In this document: positions 17,399 to 25,847 of the stretch, one piece after another | How the letters are laid out: every line of letters begins with the position of its first letter | How positions within the stretch are numbered: the first letter of the stretch is position 1 | NCBI GenBank assembly: GCA_903888645.1 | Contig: CAISUK010000193.1 | Location: 1 to 44,111, forward strand | Direction: 5' to 3' | Length of the DNA: 44,111 bases | DNA from: an uncultured Pseudomonadota bacterium | Lineage (GTDB): Bacteria > Pseudomonadota > Gammaproteobacteria > Burkholderiales > Rhodocyclaceae | Program-made: the position numbers and the translations under genes | The notes under the pieces: model-generated | Database searches by the model: none | What the model was told of the DNA's origin: nothing | What the model saw: only the letters and a program-made list of their open reading frames with translations

Positions 17399-18409
17399 TT
17401 ACGCCGCACGAGATGCCTGAGCCGGCCAACGCTGCCGCCAGACATCGGCCCAATCGCTGCCCGCGTTCTTGGGAACGAACACGCGCACCTGCCGCAGGTT
17501 CGTTTTCTTCCCTTCGCGTTTCAATCGACGCGCCAGGGCATAGGCGAAGGCCTGGCCGGTGAAATCGCCATCGGCATCGTTGTCGGCATAAATGCATACC
17601 GCGCGTACCGTTTCCGGCATCCACAATTTCTCCAGGTTGCCGGCGCTGAGGCCAGCCCAGACCGGCTTGCCGGTCGCCAGGTGTACCGCGATACCGGTCT
17701 CGATGCCTTCGCTGATCGCCAGTTCCTCGGTGGCGTCGAAGAGACGCACTGCGGCTCCGTTGATACCGGCAGAGAGCACTTTTTTTGCATCGTGGGCCGC
17801 CAGCTTGCCGCCGTCCTGAAGGTAGGTCCGGTGCAGCGTCACGGCATGCCCATCAGCGCCCTGGATGCAGGCCAGCATGGCCGGGTACTCGGCGACCTTG
17901 CGTGACTTGCCGCTGGCATCTTTCTGGTAATAGCCGAGCGCGCCATGGCAGCGCAACACCTTCGGATACGCCGGCAGTGCCAAACTCCGGCCGCTCAGGT
18001 AGCGATCCACCTCGTCGCCTGCCGTGACCGGACGGGCTTCGTTCCAGATGCGCTGCGCAAGCTTCTTCATGGGCGTGGTGGTCGGCTCGGAAGTACGACA
18101 AGTCGCTGCCACAGGCATCACGCCAAGGCAGCGCTCGACATCACGCAATGCCGTGTTGAAGTCCACCCCCATTACCGCCTGCAGCAGCTTGAAACCGCCG
18201 CCCGGGCCACATTGGCGGCAGTGATAGTTGCCCTCGCCGAACTTGTCGGTGTACTGGAAGCGATCCGACCCGCCGCAGAGCGGGCAGGGCAGGTTGCGGC
18301 GCTTGAGAATGGTTTCTGCCACACCCAACGCCGCAAGGATCTCCGTCCAGCGACCATGGGCCCGCTGCTTGACCGTCTCGATGCGTTGCGCATAGTCACG
18401 ATCCTGCAT
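17399..18409 (-). CDS. Zn-ribbon + Toprim primase-like protein
   Basis: CPLCGGSDRF...YHCRQCG zinc ribbon (primase-helicase type). Toprim motifs ISEGIETG and YADNDADGD. ATG 18409 has GGGAG upstream. 14-nt overlap with the upstream GHKL gene. Confidence 0.8.
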   Translation of the reverse strand: MQDRDYAQRIETVKQRAHGRWTEILAALGVAETILKRRNLPCPLCGGSDRFQYTDKFGEGNYHCRQCGPGGGFKLLQAVMGVDFNTALRDVERCLGVMPVAATCRTSEPTTTPMKKLAQRIWNEARPVTAGDEVDRYLSGRSLALPAYPKVLRCHGALGYYQKDASGKSRKVAEYPAMLACIQGADGHAVTLHRTYLQDGGKLAAHDAKKVLSAGINGAAVRLFDATEELAISEGIETGIAVHLATGKPVWAGLSAGNLEKLWMPETVRAVCIYADNDADGDFTGQAFAYALARRLKREGKKTNLRQVRVFVPKNAGSDWADVWRQRWPAQASRAA

Positions 18410-20030
18410 GGTGGGCTCCCAGTGCGACTGGCTGGGTTTCGGCAAACAAGGCTACCGAATGTCCCGGCGCCGAACCCACCCCAACCGTGACCTGGAAGGC
18501 CTTGCCGTGGAGCAGGGGGTATTTGCCCAGCCGTAGTTCCTGCAACAGCGAATCCAGCGTCTGCACCGGATCGACCGAACGCAGGCGACGGATCAGGTCC
18601 GCCAGCGCGTCACGGTCGGCGTTCATGTCCGACTCCAGGTACTGCTCGTTTTCATCGACGAACGAGGAAACTTGACGGACCGGTTCGCCGCTGGTTTCGC
18701 CGGCGGGAATGTACAGGACATCCCTGTGGCAGACCCCACTGTCGACGATCTCGACCACGTCACCCCCGATGCGCACCAAAACAGACTCGCACAGGATCAC
18801 GGTCGGCCACACCCAGCGTCCTTCGAACTGCAAGCGCGTTTGTTCCATCACGGCTTCGACATGCGCTGTTTCATCTTCCAGAAAGCGCACATGCCGTTGC
18901 ACCCAGTGGTCGGGATGCAGACCGATCCAGTCGAAGACCAGGTAGCCCTTGGCCCGAGCCAGCATCCAGTGCGCCGCGTTGCTGTCGTCCATCCAGTTGA
19001 GCGATACCAGCGTCACCGCGCCACTTTCAATGGCTTGGCGAGACGGCGCCACTGATACCTGCCGGACATAGTCGCTGCTGCCGCTGTCATCCTGGATCGG
19101 GTAATCGACGATCGCATCGAACAACTGTGCTGGCAGCACATCGAGATCGTTGAGCAGGTCCAACTGTCCCCAGGCCTGCATGGCCCGATAGTAGGTATCG
19201 ACGAAGTTCGCCGGGGTGAGCTGGTTCTTGGCCGCCTCCAGCGTTCGCCGCCAGCAAGCCTTCAGCTCGGCGTCGATGCGTTTTTTCTGCACATCCTCGT
19301 CAATCAGCTTGTCGCGATCCGGCAGACGCGCCATGAACTGACGCGAGTCGAGATGGACGACATTGACCCGGTCGAGTCCGTAGCCGGTCGGCTTCGTGAC
19401 GCAAAAGCCTTGCAGGAACACCATCGTGTCGTGGCTATGCAGGCCATCTTGCTGACCGGCAAGGCGGATCAAGCCGATTGGGGTAGGCATGGTGGCAAGG
19501 TGTTCGGCGGCAAAGCGTCGCGTCAGTGCTTTGCCGTTGAACCATACCTCCACCGGAAACCCCAGGCACAGGGTCTCGATGCGGTTATCCAGATCGGGTA
19601 GCTCGACACCGTGCAACTCGATCCTGGTACCGGCAACGACTTCGGTGTTGTCTTCGACAGCGAAATACGCCTTGTCCAACGCCGCCGCGGTGTCGATATC
19701 GACGCGCTGGTGGTAGGACGTGACGACGCAGCGCGTCGCCGCATAGAGGCATTTCGAGAAGCCCACGCCGAAGGGATGTTCTTCGGCACTGATCGCCGCA
19801 TTCCAGCCGGACTCGTGGAAGCTCAAGAGCTTCTGGAAGTCGTCCAGGCCGCAGCCGTCATCCTGCACCTGCAGCAAGCGGGCGGTGGCATCGTAATGGA
19901 CATCGATGCGTGCAGCACCGGCGCGGCGGGCGTTCTGCAATAGCTCGGTGACCAGCGTGAAGCGGTCGCTGAAGGCGTAGCGCTGGTTGCGCAGGGCGGC
20001 GGCTTCGTTGAGTCGAATCTGTATTCGCAT
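18396..20030 (-). CDS. GHKL-superfamily ATPase (HATPase_c-like), unknown role
   Basis: Bergerat-fold motifs ELLQNARRAGA (E/N), VQDDGCGL (DxGxG) and HPFGVGF. ~400-aa C-terminal region without recognisable motifs. ATG 20030 has GGAG upstream. Confidence 0.7.
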   Translation of the reverse strand: MRIQIRLNEAAALRNQRYAFSDRFTLVTELLQNARRAGAARIDVHYDATARLLQVQDDGCGLDDFQKLLSFHESGWNAAISAEEHPFGVGFSKCLYAATRCVVTSYHQRVDIDTAAALDKAYFAVEDNTEVVAGTRIELHGVELPDLDNRIETLCLGFPVEVWFNGKALTRRFAAEHLATMPTPIGLIRLAGQQDGLHSHDTMVFLQGFCVTKPTGYGLDRVNVVHLDSRQFMARLPDRDKLIDEDVQKKRIDAELKACWRRTLEAAKNQLTPANFVDTYYRAMQAWGQLDLLNDLDVLPAQLFDAIVDYPIQDDSGSSDYVRQVSVAPSRQAIESGAVTLVSLNWMDDSNAAHWMLARAKGYLVFDWIGLHPDHWVQRHVRFLEDETAHVEAVMEQTRLQFEGRWVWPTVILCESVLVRIGGDVVEIVDSGVCHRDVLYIPAGETSGEPVRQVSSFVDENEQYLESDMNADRDALADLIRRLRSVDPVQTLDSLLQELRLGKYPLLHGKAFQVTVGVGSAPGHSVALFAETQPVALGAHHAGS

Positions 20031-20098
20031 GACATGCTCCATGATTTTCGGCGGAACCCGAGCGCATTGGGTCGGGCCCACCTGGGGAAATGATTTGG

Positions 20099-20416
20099 TC
20101 AGCCGGGAAGGCAGACCGCTGGGGTGAACAACTGGCCAGCAGCGAGTGCTTCGCTCAGGCTGTGCCTGAGGAATGCTGGTGGCAGCAGGTGCTGGGTACT
20201 CTGGATCCGGCCCTCATGATCGAGCCGCTCGACCTTCAGGCCGATCAAGTGCCAATGCACCCGGTAGGCGAGTCGGTCTGCGCCGGCGATGACGAACATC
20301 CGTCCCGGCTGGCCCGTCAAAACTTCGCTTTCCTTGACCAGGAACTCGATCTCTTCCGGCGACTTCACCGTGATGAGCGATGGTCTTTGATTTGCAGTGC
20401 GTGCTTGGGTTTGCAT
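20099..20416 (-). CDS. Hypothetical protein (105 aa)
   Basis: ATG 20416 preceded by GAGGAGA. Sensible composition. Operon-packed, 11 nt after the upstream ORF stop. Confidence 0.5.
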   Translation of the reverse strand: MQTQARTANQRPSLITVKSPEEIEFLVKESEVLTGQPGRMFVIAGADRLAYRVHWHLIGLKVERLDHEGRIQSTQHLLPPAFLRHSLSEALAAGQLFTPAVCLPG

Positions 20417-20426
20417 GGCTGTCTCC

Positions 20427-20687
20427 TCAAAGCACCGACGACAGGCAGGGGCTGCCGTCTTCCGGCGCGCACCCATTGATGCAGGGCGCGCTTCGAGCGA
20501 AAGGAAGGTCGCCGCTCGTCGCACGGGGCTCGCGAATTGCCGATGCCGGTGGCGCTTGGCAGTCGTCGCGTGTTTGCTCCTGCCGGATCTTGTCCAGCAA
20601 TATCGCGTCTTGATAGTCGATGCTTCCGGCAATGCCGTAGCCGACAAATATCGCCAGCAGGCAGCAGACATCCTTGAAAGTGATCAT
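20427..20687 (-). CDS. Hypothetical small membrane protein (86 aa)
   Basis: ATG 20687 preceded by AAGGAA. N-terminal hydrophobic helix CCLLAIFVGYGIAGSI. Confidence 0.4.
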   Translation of the reverse strand: MITFKDVCCLLAIFVGYGIAGSIDYQDAILLDKIRQEQTRDDCQAPPASAIREPRATSGDLPFARSAPCINGCAPEDGSPCLSSVL

Positions 20688-20752
20688 GATGATTTCCTTG
20701 GTTAGCTTGAGCTTCCGCGTTGCCGTGGAAGCTCGATGAATGGGGAACGGGG

Positions 20753-21316
20753 TCAGGCGAACAGGTCGCCATGCGCGGACACCCGCTTGATCTGCTCGTT
20801 GATCCACTGGGGGTTCTTGATCAGTCGAGCCTCGATCCACTCGGGGCGATGGACGACGGCATCGCGTACCCATTCCGGGTATCGCTTGATCGTGGCAGCG
20901 AGCCATGTCCTGACGCCATCGCGAATGTGGTCGCGCATCTCCTCGGCGTCGACTAATCCGCAGTAGGCGATCGGCGACAGAGGACTGCAGCCGACGACCC
21001 GCAGGCAACTCACGAAGGAGAAGGGTTTCCCTTCCTTATCGCGTTCTGTGAATACCCAGCGCAGCGTATCGAACTTTTCTTCGAGGGGTGTCGCCGGCTC
21101 TGCCAGTTGGCTGATTTCGTGAAGCAGGCGCCAATGCAGGAAGACGATGTCTTCCTCGCTCCATTCGATGGGTGAGTCGTCGTCGAGCATGGTTTCAGAA
21201 GTGCTGCAATCAGGGACGGCTGCCGTCCGCGGGTGCAACATCGCGGCGAAGGATGGCGCTGAGGGTCCTGCTGGTGCAGCGCTGAAATCACTGGGGAAAA
21301 TCGTCGGGTTGAACAT
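20753..21316 (-). CDS. Hypothetical acidic protein (187 aa)
   Basis: ATG 21316 preceded by GGAGA. Protein-like composition with an acidic stretch (MLDDDSPIEWSEEDIVF). First gene after a 525-bp divergent intergenic region. Confidence 0.55.
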   Translation of the reverse strand: MFNPTIFPSDFSAAPAGPSAPSFAAMLHPRTAAVPDCSTSETMLDDDSPIEWSEEDIVFLHWRLLHEISQLAEPATPLEEKFDTLRWVFTERDKEGKPFSFVSCLRVVGCSPLSPIAYCGLVDAEEMRDHIRDGVRTWLAATIKRYPEWVRDAVVHRPEWIEARLIKNPQWINEQIKRVSAHGDLFA

Positions 21317-21853
21317 CGTTGTCTCCAAGACAGGCAGGAGGCAACGCGCACCATGACTGGAGGCGTAAGCCCCCAGGGGGTATGGAACGACCGGCGGATA
21401 CAGATCGCGGTCGGCTTCGGGAAAAACTCCAGGACTGGCTAATTCGGCTGTCGTAAAACGCCGGGATCGGGTTGCCAGCGACCGATCGAGTCAAACTTTC
21501 GGGGGAGGGGTGTCAGGGTAAAGTCAGGGACGCCTCACCTCTGCCTCGAAAGCTTACCTCGATGGCATGGATGCGACAGGCACGCGAATTGGTTGCCGAT
21601 ACAAACGTCGCGCGCAGTTCCACTGAAATCGTACAGCGCGAAATCTGAGACTCCAAGGCTTGCCATCGTTGCATGCAGGGCTAGCTACTGCATGGCATAA
21701 CGATAGCGGTCGAAGTTTTCCGGGTCAATAGCGATTGAACGGTTCAATCGCGCTCAATGCCGAAATCCCCCTCAGGCGGCGGTCATTTCGGGTGGCGATT
21801 GCATGCGCTGCGTCGGAAGATTGCTCTGACCGGATTATTTCGAGGAGCAATGC

Positions 21854-22594
21854 ATGTCGGAAACACAAAACGTCAAGGTGGATCAGGGTGGCGTCAATGC
21901 CCGAATTCTTGCCAAGGAAGCCAAGGCCGACTTCCGGCGGGTCGAGGCAGCCAGCCTCAAGATGCCTACCCGCTTTACCAGCGCCGAGGGCAAGCGCTTC
22001 TTTGCACGCTTGTTCAATACCCTGCAACTCAACACGCACTTCATTTCGGTGATCGCCCGCACACGCCTGGACCACGTCGATATCGCCAAGATTGAGACCA
22101 CCATCCGAACCCAGATGGACGCAGTCACCGAGAACCTCAACAAGGCGATCGACTGTGCCGAGGCGCTCTTCAAGGCCCATGGCATTAACAGCACCGCAAC
22201 CTATGACACGGTACCGCTGGACGTGGACGTCCATGTGCTGTCCTCGATCGGTCGCCGCTTTCTTGAGGTCTTGGGGAAACTTGACCAGGTGATGCCTTTG
22301 CTGCAAACACTCGAGATTCATGAAGTAATCACCACCCAGGCCGTGGATATCCAGCGGGCGAGCCTGAAACGGCAGGTGCGCGACGTGGCCAACGGGGCGC
22401 GCAACTTTGCAACCGGGCTGCGACGAAGGATGAATATGATGATTGCAACGGATGGTGTGGAATCCCTCACCGCAACCGATAAAGAGACAACGGTCCAGAG
22501 TGGCACCGATAGGTTCGATGAAGTCGCATCGGATGACTCTGCATTGGCGATCGGATCGGACTTGCAGGACTCCGAAACCGCGACATCCAAATAG
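21854..22594 (+). CDS. ICE protein, DUF1845 / PFL_4669-like (TIGR03761-type)
   Basis: GAGGAG RBS. Blocks ATYDTVPLDVDVHVLSSIGRRFLEVLGKLDQVMPLLQTLEIHEVIT and GLRRRMN match my recollection of DUF1845 proteins. The opposite-strand 326-aa ORF has non-protein-like composition. Confidence 0.55.
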   Translation: MSETQNVKVDQGGVNARILAKEAKADFRRVEAASLKMPTRFTSAEGKRFFARLFNTLQLNTHFISVIARTRLDHVDIAKIETTIRTQMDAVTENLNKAIDCAEALFKAHGINSTATYDTVPLDVDVHVLSSIGRRFLEVLGKLDQVMPLLQTLEIHEVITTQAVDIQRASLKRQVRDVANGARNFATGLRRRMNMMIATDGVESLTATDKETTVQSGTDRFDEVASDDSALAIGSDLQDSETATSK

Positions 22595-23065
22595 CATTTC
22601 AGAGTCCGGTTTATTTGGGTTCCACTCTAGCAAGGAAATGCCTCTCCCAATCGCCCGCGTATTCCCTCCCTTACGGTAGGTGTATCGCCAGCGGACTGGT
22701 GGCAACTGCCCGAAGCCAATAAGCTACATCCCGGTGAGCACTGCATCGATCATTGACTGCAGTGTTCATCTCCGCCACTCTGATGGCGGCGTCGCAGTCG
22801 ATACCTGCCCCATTTCCGGCGATTGGCTTGCCCGAGCATTGCGGGGTCAAGCACAGATCGGCCGATCAAGCCCGATACGGACGCCTATGACAGCAAGGCG
22901 TCGTGATCCTCTTCGTTATCTATTCATTCATGCCACGTGATGGGGACGCTCGTGGCGTGCCGACGAGATTTGCGTTCCATATCGGCTCGCGCCCTTCTGA
23001 CCAAGCGCGGCCGCGAAAGAGCAGGTCATATCCCTTTCCGCCGTCAGCCGAGCCGAGGACCGATC

Positions 23066-23329
23066 ATGCCCAGCATATGCACCAGTTCACTCATAACGAC
23101 ATTGTCATCTCAATTAATTTCTACTCGCCCTTCAATTCAAACGCTCCCCGAAACTGGCTTTCTTCGCCAGCCGCAGGTGTTGGCGTTTGTGCCAATCTCC
23201 AAATCGACACTCTGGCGACGCATCCAGGCGCGCACCTTTCCCGAGCCCGTCAAGCTCTCGGAGCGGGTGACGGTCTGGCGCGCCGAAGATATCCGCCGCT
23301 GGATTGCGAAGCAGGGCCAGACGACCTGA
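23066..23329 (+). CDS. alpA: AlpA-family regulator / excisionase-like protein
   Basis: C-terminal HTH block FLRQPQVLAFVPISKSTLWRRIQARTFPEPVKLSERVTVWRAEDIRRWI is typical of Phage_AlpA. ATG 23066 has GAGGA upstream. Confidence 0.8.
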   Translation: MPSICTSSLITTLSSQLISTRPSIQTLPETGFLRQPQVLAFVPISKSTLWRRIQARTFPEPVKLSERVTVWRAEDIRRWIAKQGQTT

Positions 23330-23365
23330 TTAAGTAACTAACAGCGGGTCCTGTGAATGTAGGTC

Positions 23366-23408
23366 ACCGTGCGCAGCCAGTCAGAGACTGAGCGCACGGT
23401 TTCCTCCT
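23366..23408 (+). terminator. Hairpin / weak terminator after alpA
   Basis: ACCGTGCGC...GCGCACGGT 9-bp stem extended by CAGTC/GACTG, followed by TTCCTCC. Confidence 0.4.
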
Positions 23409-23566
23409 GGCTGATTCCATGTCTGGGTCGTTCCCCGGCAAGCACATGACATTCCCCTGATAACGAAAGCCCCCGCATTTCAAGCCGATTTCGCCTGGCG
23501 ATTGAGGCGTCGAGGCTCGAAGATTCGTACCGGTGACACTCCAAGAGATTTAGGGAGAGATCGGTA

Positions 23567-24508
23567 ATGCAAGACAATCAGGAGGCTGTTCGCTACCGCG
23601 AAAACGCGATGCAATCGGTGCAGATGTTGCGCGATGTGCTTGACGGTGATACCTACGAAGTCGTGGCGCTACGCTTTGGCGTCACGCGCACGGCGGTCGA
23701 GCGACGCATCAAGTCTATCGCCGTCCAGCTCACCCAGATCGTGGGCGTCGAAGGGCTCACCGAGGAGGGTGCCGCATTTGTCCGTCGTCTGCGCCTGCAT
23801 CGAGAAGCCATATTACATGCGCTGGAAAGCTTCGAACCGCAGCTGCCGGTTGGACTTCGGGCGGCGCGCGTGATGTCCCAACCGGAGGTTAAACAGGGGG
23901 CCGTTCGCATCAAAGGGCGTACCAGTCGCACCGCGCATGACCTGGCGCTCTACTACTTGCTGTTCGCAACCGGTTTGCGTCCGCTCGAAATTGCCCGCCT
24001 CGAAGTGCGTGACTATCTGCATGCCGATGGCAGCGTTCGGCGGGAGTCGGAACTACGCGCCGATACGGCCATCAACCGCAAGTTGCGGCCACTCTACTTT
24101 AGCAGCAGCAAACTGGACGATATGCTCACAGACTACTTCAGCGAACAGCTGCAGAACCATCATGGCCTGAGTACGCAGGGGCATTACCGCGGACTTGAGC
24201 CAAGCAGCCGCCTGTTTCTGTCCCCGGTTGGTGAGGCCTACCCGATAGAGCCCAACGGCGATTCGGGACAAAACCGATTTGTGTGCCGAAAGCTCCTGGA
24301 TATCTACCGCAAGTTGTTTCGTTATGCCGAAATCAAGGGTATGGGTTCGCAGTCGGCGCGCCTGACCCTCATATCGCGGATGTATGAACGTGGTGCTGAT
24401 GAAGATCAGGTCGGCACGATTCTGGGCATAGCCGAGCGCAGCGCCGTGCGTCAACTGTTGCCTCGGCCCAAGCCAACGCTGGCGGAATTACTTGACGAAT
24501 TGGTCTGA
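23567..24508 (+). CDS. Tyrosine-recombinase-fold protein with N-terminal HTH; catalytic residues apparently missing
   Basis: Box I-like ATGLRPLEIARLEVRDY is present. At the expected HxxR position the sequence is QSAR, the LGH position reads LGI, and there is no Tyr in the last ~40 residues (ILGIAERSAVRQLLPRPKPTLAELLDELV). The N-terminus YEVVALRFGVTRTAVERRIKSI looks like a sigma-r4/LuxR-type HTH. Confidence 0.6.
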   Translation: MQDNQEAVRYRENAMQSVQMLRDVLDGDTYEVVALRFGVTRTAVERRIKSIAVQLTQIVGVEGLTEEGAAFVRRLRLHREAILHALESFEPQLPVGLRAARVMSQPEVKQGAVRIKGRTSRTAHDLALYYLLFATGLRPLEIARLEVRDYLHADGSVRRESELRADTAINRKLRPLYFSSSKLDDMLTDYFSEQLQNHHGLSTQGHYRGLEPSSRLFLSPVGEAYPIEPNGDSGQNRFVCRKLLDIYRKLFRYAEIKGMGSQSARLTLISRMYERGADEDQVGTILGIAERSAVRQLLPRPKPTLAELLDELV

Positions 24509-24516
24509 GAAGGCAC

Positions 24517-25725
24517 ATGGAAAGCCAGCGTCTTGCCATCAAGGGTCGGGTCATTGAGATGACAGATTCATTGTTGCAGGAAAGGCTGGCCGAAGTGCAC
24601 GACACCCCCGAGCGGCCACGCTGTCTCTGCGTTCCGGGCGGGGTGGAGATGTATGTGGCGCGGCATCGCCAGTTCGTGGTCAAGCGTATGCCGGAGAGTG
24701 GTCATACCCACCACCCAAGCTGTCCCTCGTATGCGCCAGAGGTGCAGCAATCCGGACTCGGCGAACTTCTCGGCGAAGCCGTGCTGGAGACAGAGCCTGG
24801 GCGGGTCGAGCTGCGCGTGGATTTTCCGTGGACGCGGAGGCGCGGGCGCGGCGTGGTGCTTGGCGAACCCCAGGACGTGGCAGATGTCGCGGTACCGCAG
24901 CGGCGCATGTCACTGCGGGCCTTGTTGCATTTCCTGTTCGAACGTGCCGGCTTCAATCGCTGGAGTCCGGCCATGGCAGGCAAGCGCAACCAGGGTGTGC
25001 TGCGCAAGTATCTGTTGGAAGCCGCCGAAGATGTCACGGTTAAGGATTTGCCACTGGGTGAACGCCTTTACGTTCCTGAAACCTTCAGCGAAAGTGGCAA
25101 GGCCGAAGCGGCGCAAAGGCGGCGAGAAAAGCTGGCAGTCCTGCGTCCTCGGGAGGGACAGTGCCCGCTGGCCGTGGTGATCGGCGAATTCAAATCGAGC
25201 GAGGCGACGCTGCATGGGCAACGGATTTGGATCCGGCATATGCCGGATGCTCCGCTCTTGATCGCCACCGGCAGTTGGAACCGGATCGAGCGGGTTTTCG
25301 GGCCCTTGTTCGAAGCGCGAGACGCCGATTCCAGGCATGCGGTCCGGCTGATCCTGATCGCACTGATCCGCGCACGTCGCGAATACACTTACGAGATCGA
25401 CGCAGCCAGCATGATGCTGACCAGCGCGCAGTGGATTCCGGTCGAGGGTGTGCACGAATTGCCAATGATCGACGCCTTGATCGCCCAGGAGCGCCGCTTC
25501 ATCAAGCCGATGCGCTATGACGCCAGGAGCGCAGCCGCCTTTCCGAATGCCTTGCTGCTCGATGCCGGGTCGCTGCCGATACCGCTTCATGTAATCAGCA
25601 CTTACATGAATCCAGAGGAGCGCTCAATGAAGGAGAAGGCAATATCGACGGGTAACCGGGAGGCCTGGTTGTGGCTGACCGATCAATCGATGCCGGCTTT
25701 TCCAACGATTGTTGGACGAGGCTGA
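24517..25725 (+). CDS. DUF1173-like protein (Cys/His-rich N-terminus)
   Basis: 402 aa. N-terminal RPRCLCVPGG...HTHHPSCPSY cluster. C-terminal ERRFIKPMRYD...FPNALLLD...IPLHVIS block. Starts 8 nt after the recombinase-like gene stop. Confidence 0.55.
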   Translation: MESQRLAIKGRVIEMTDSLLQERLAEVHDTPERPRCLCVPGGVEMYVARHRQFVVKRMPESGHTHHPSCPSYAPEVQQSGLGELLGEAVLETEPGRVELRVDFPWTRRRGRGVVLGEPQDVADVAVPQRRMSLRALLHFLFERAGFNRWSPAMAGKRNQGVLRKYLLEAAEDVTVKDLPLGERLYVPETFSESGKAEAAQRRREKLAVLRPREGQCPLAVVIGEFKSSEATLHGQRIWIRHMPDAPLLIATGSWNRIERVFGPLFEARDADSRHAVRLILIALIRARREYTYEIDAASMMLTSAQWIPVEGVHELPMIDALIAQERRFIKPMRYDARSAAAFPNALLLDAGSLPIPLHVISTYMNPEERSMKEKAISTGNREAWLWLTDQSMPAFPTIVGRG

Positions 25726-25779
25726 TGTAGCCGATGCAAACCACTACCGGAAACTAATCGTCGGGAGGACGCCGCGCTT

Positions 25780-25809
25780 TTGAATGAGACTGCACATAGT
25801 GGGTAAAAT
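25780..25809 (+). promoter_or_regulatory. Candidate sigma70 promoter of the Phd-like gene
   Basis: -35 TTGAAT (25780-25785), 18-nt spacer, -10 TAAAAT (25804-25809). AGGAGG RBS 6 nt before ATG 25848. Confidence 0.55.
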
Positions 25810-25847
25810 AGGTAATATGAGCATCTTGGGTAAGCTAGGAGGCTTTC

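Noticed and set aside
17119-17445. N-terminal extension of the DUF932 ORF (463-aa version)
   Set aside because: The extension crosses a predicted terminator and a non-coding spacer. ATG 17118 has a GGAGA RBS, and conserved sequence starts there.
21725-22705. 326-aa minus-strand ORF
   Set aside because: It lies opposite the DUF1845-like gene. That gene has a strong RBS and protein-like composition, whereas this frame is Gly/Arg/Cys/His-rich.
22595-23065. ORFs 22680-22940 and 22903-23337 upstream of and overlapping alpA
   Set aside because: There are no RBSs and the composition is odd. The second ORF is just an upstream extension of another frame across the alpA region. The interval is treated as non-coding leader/regulatory DNA.
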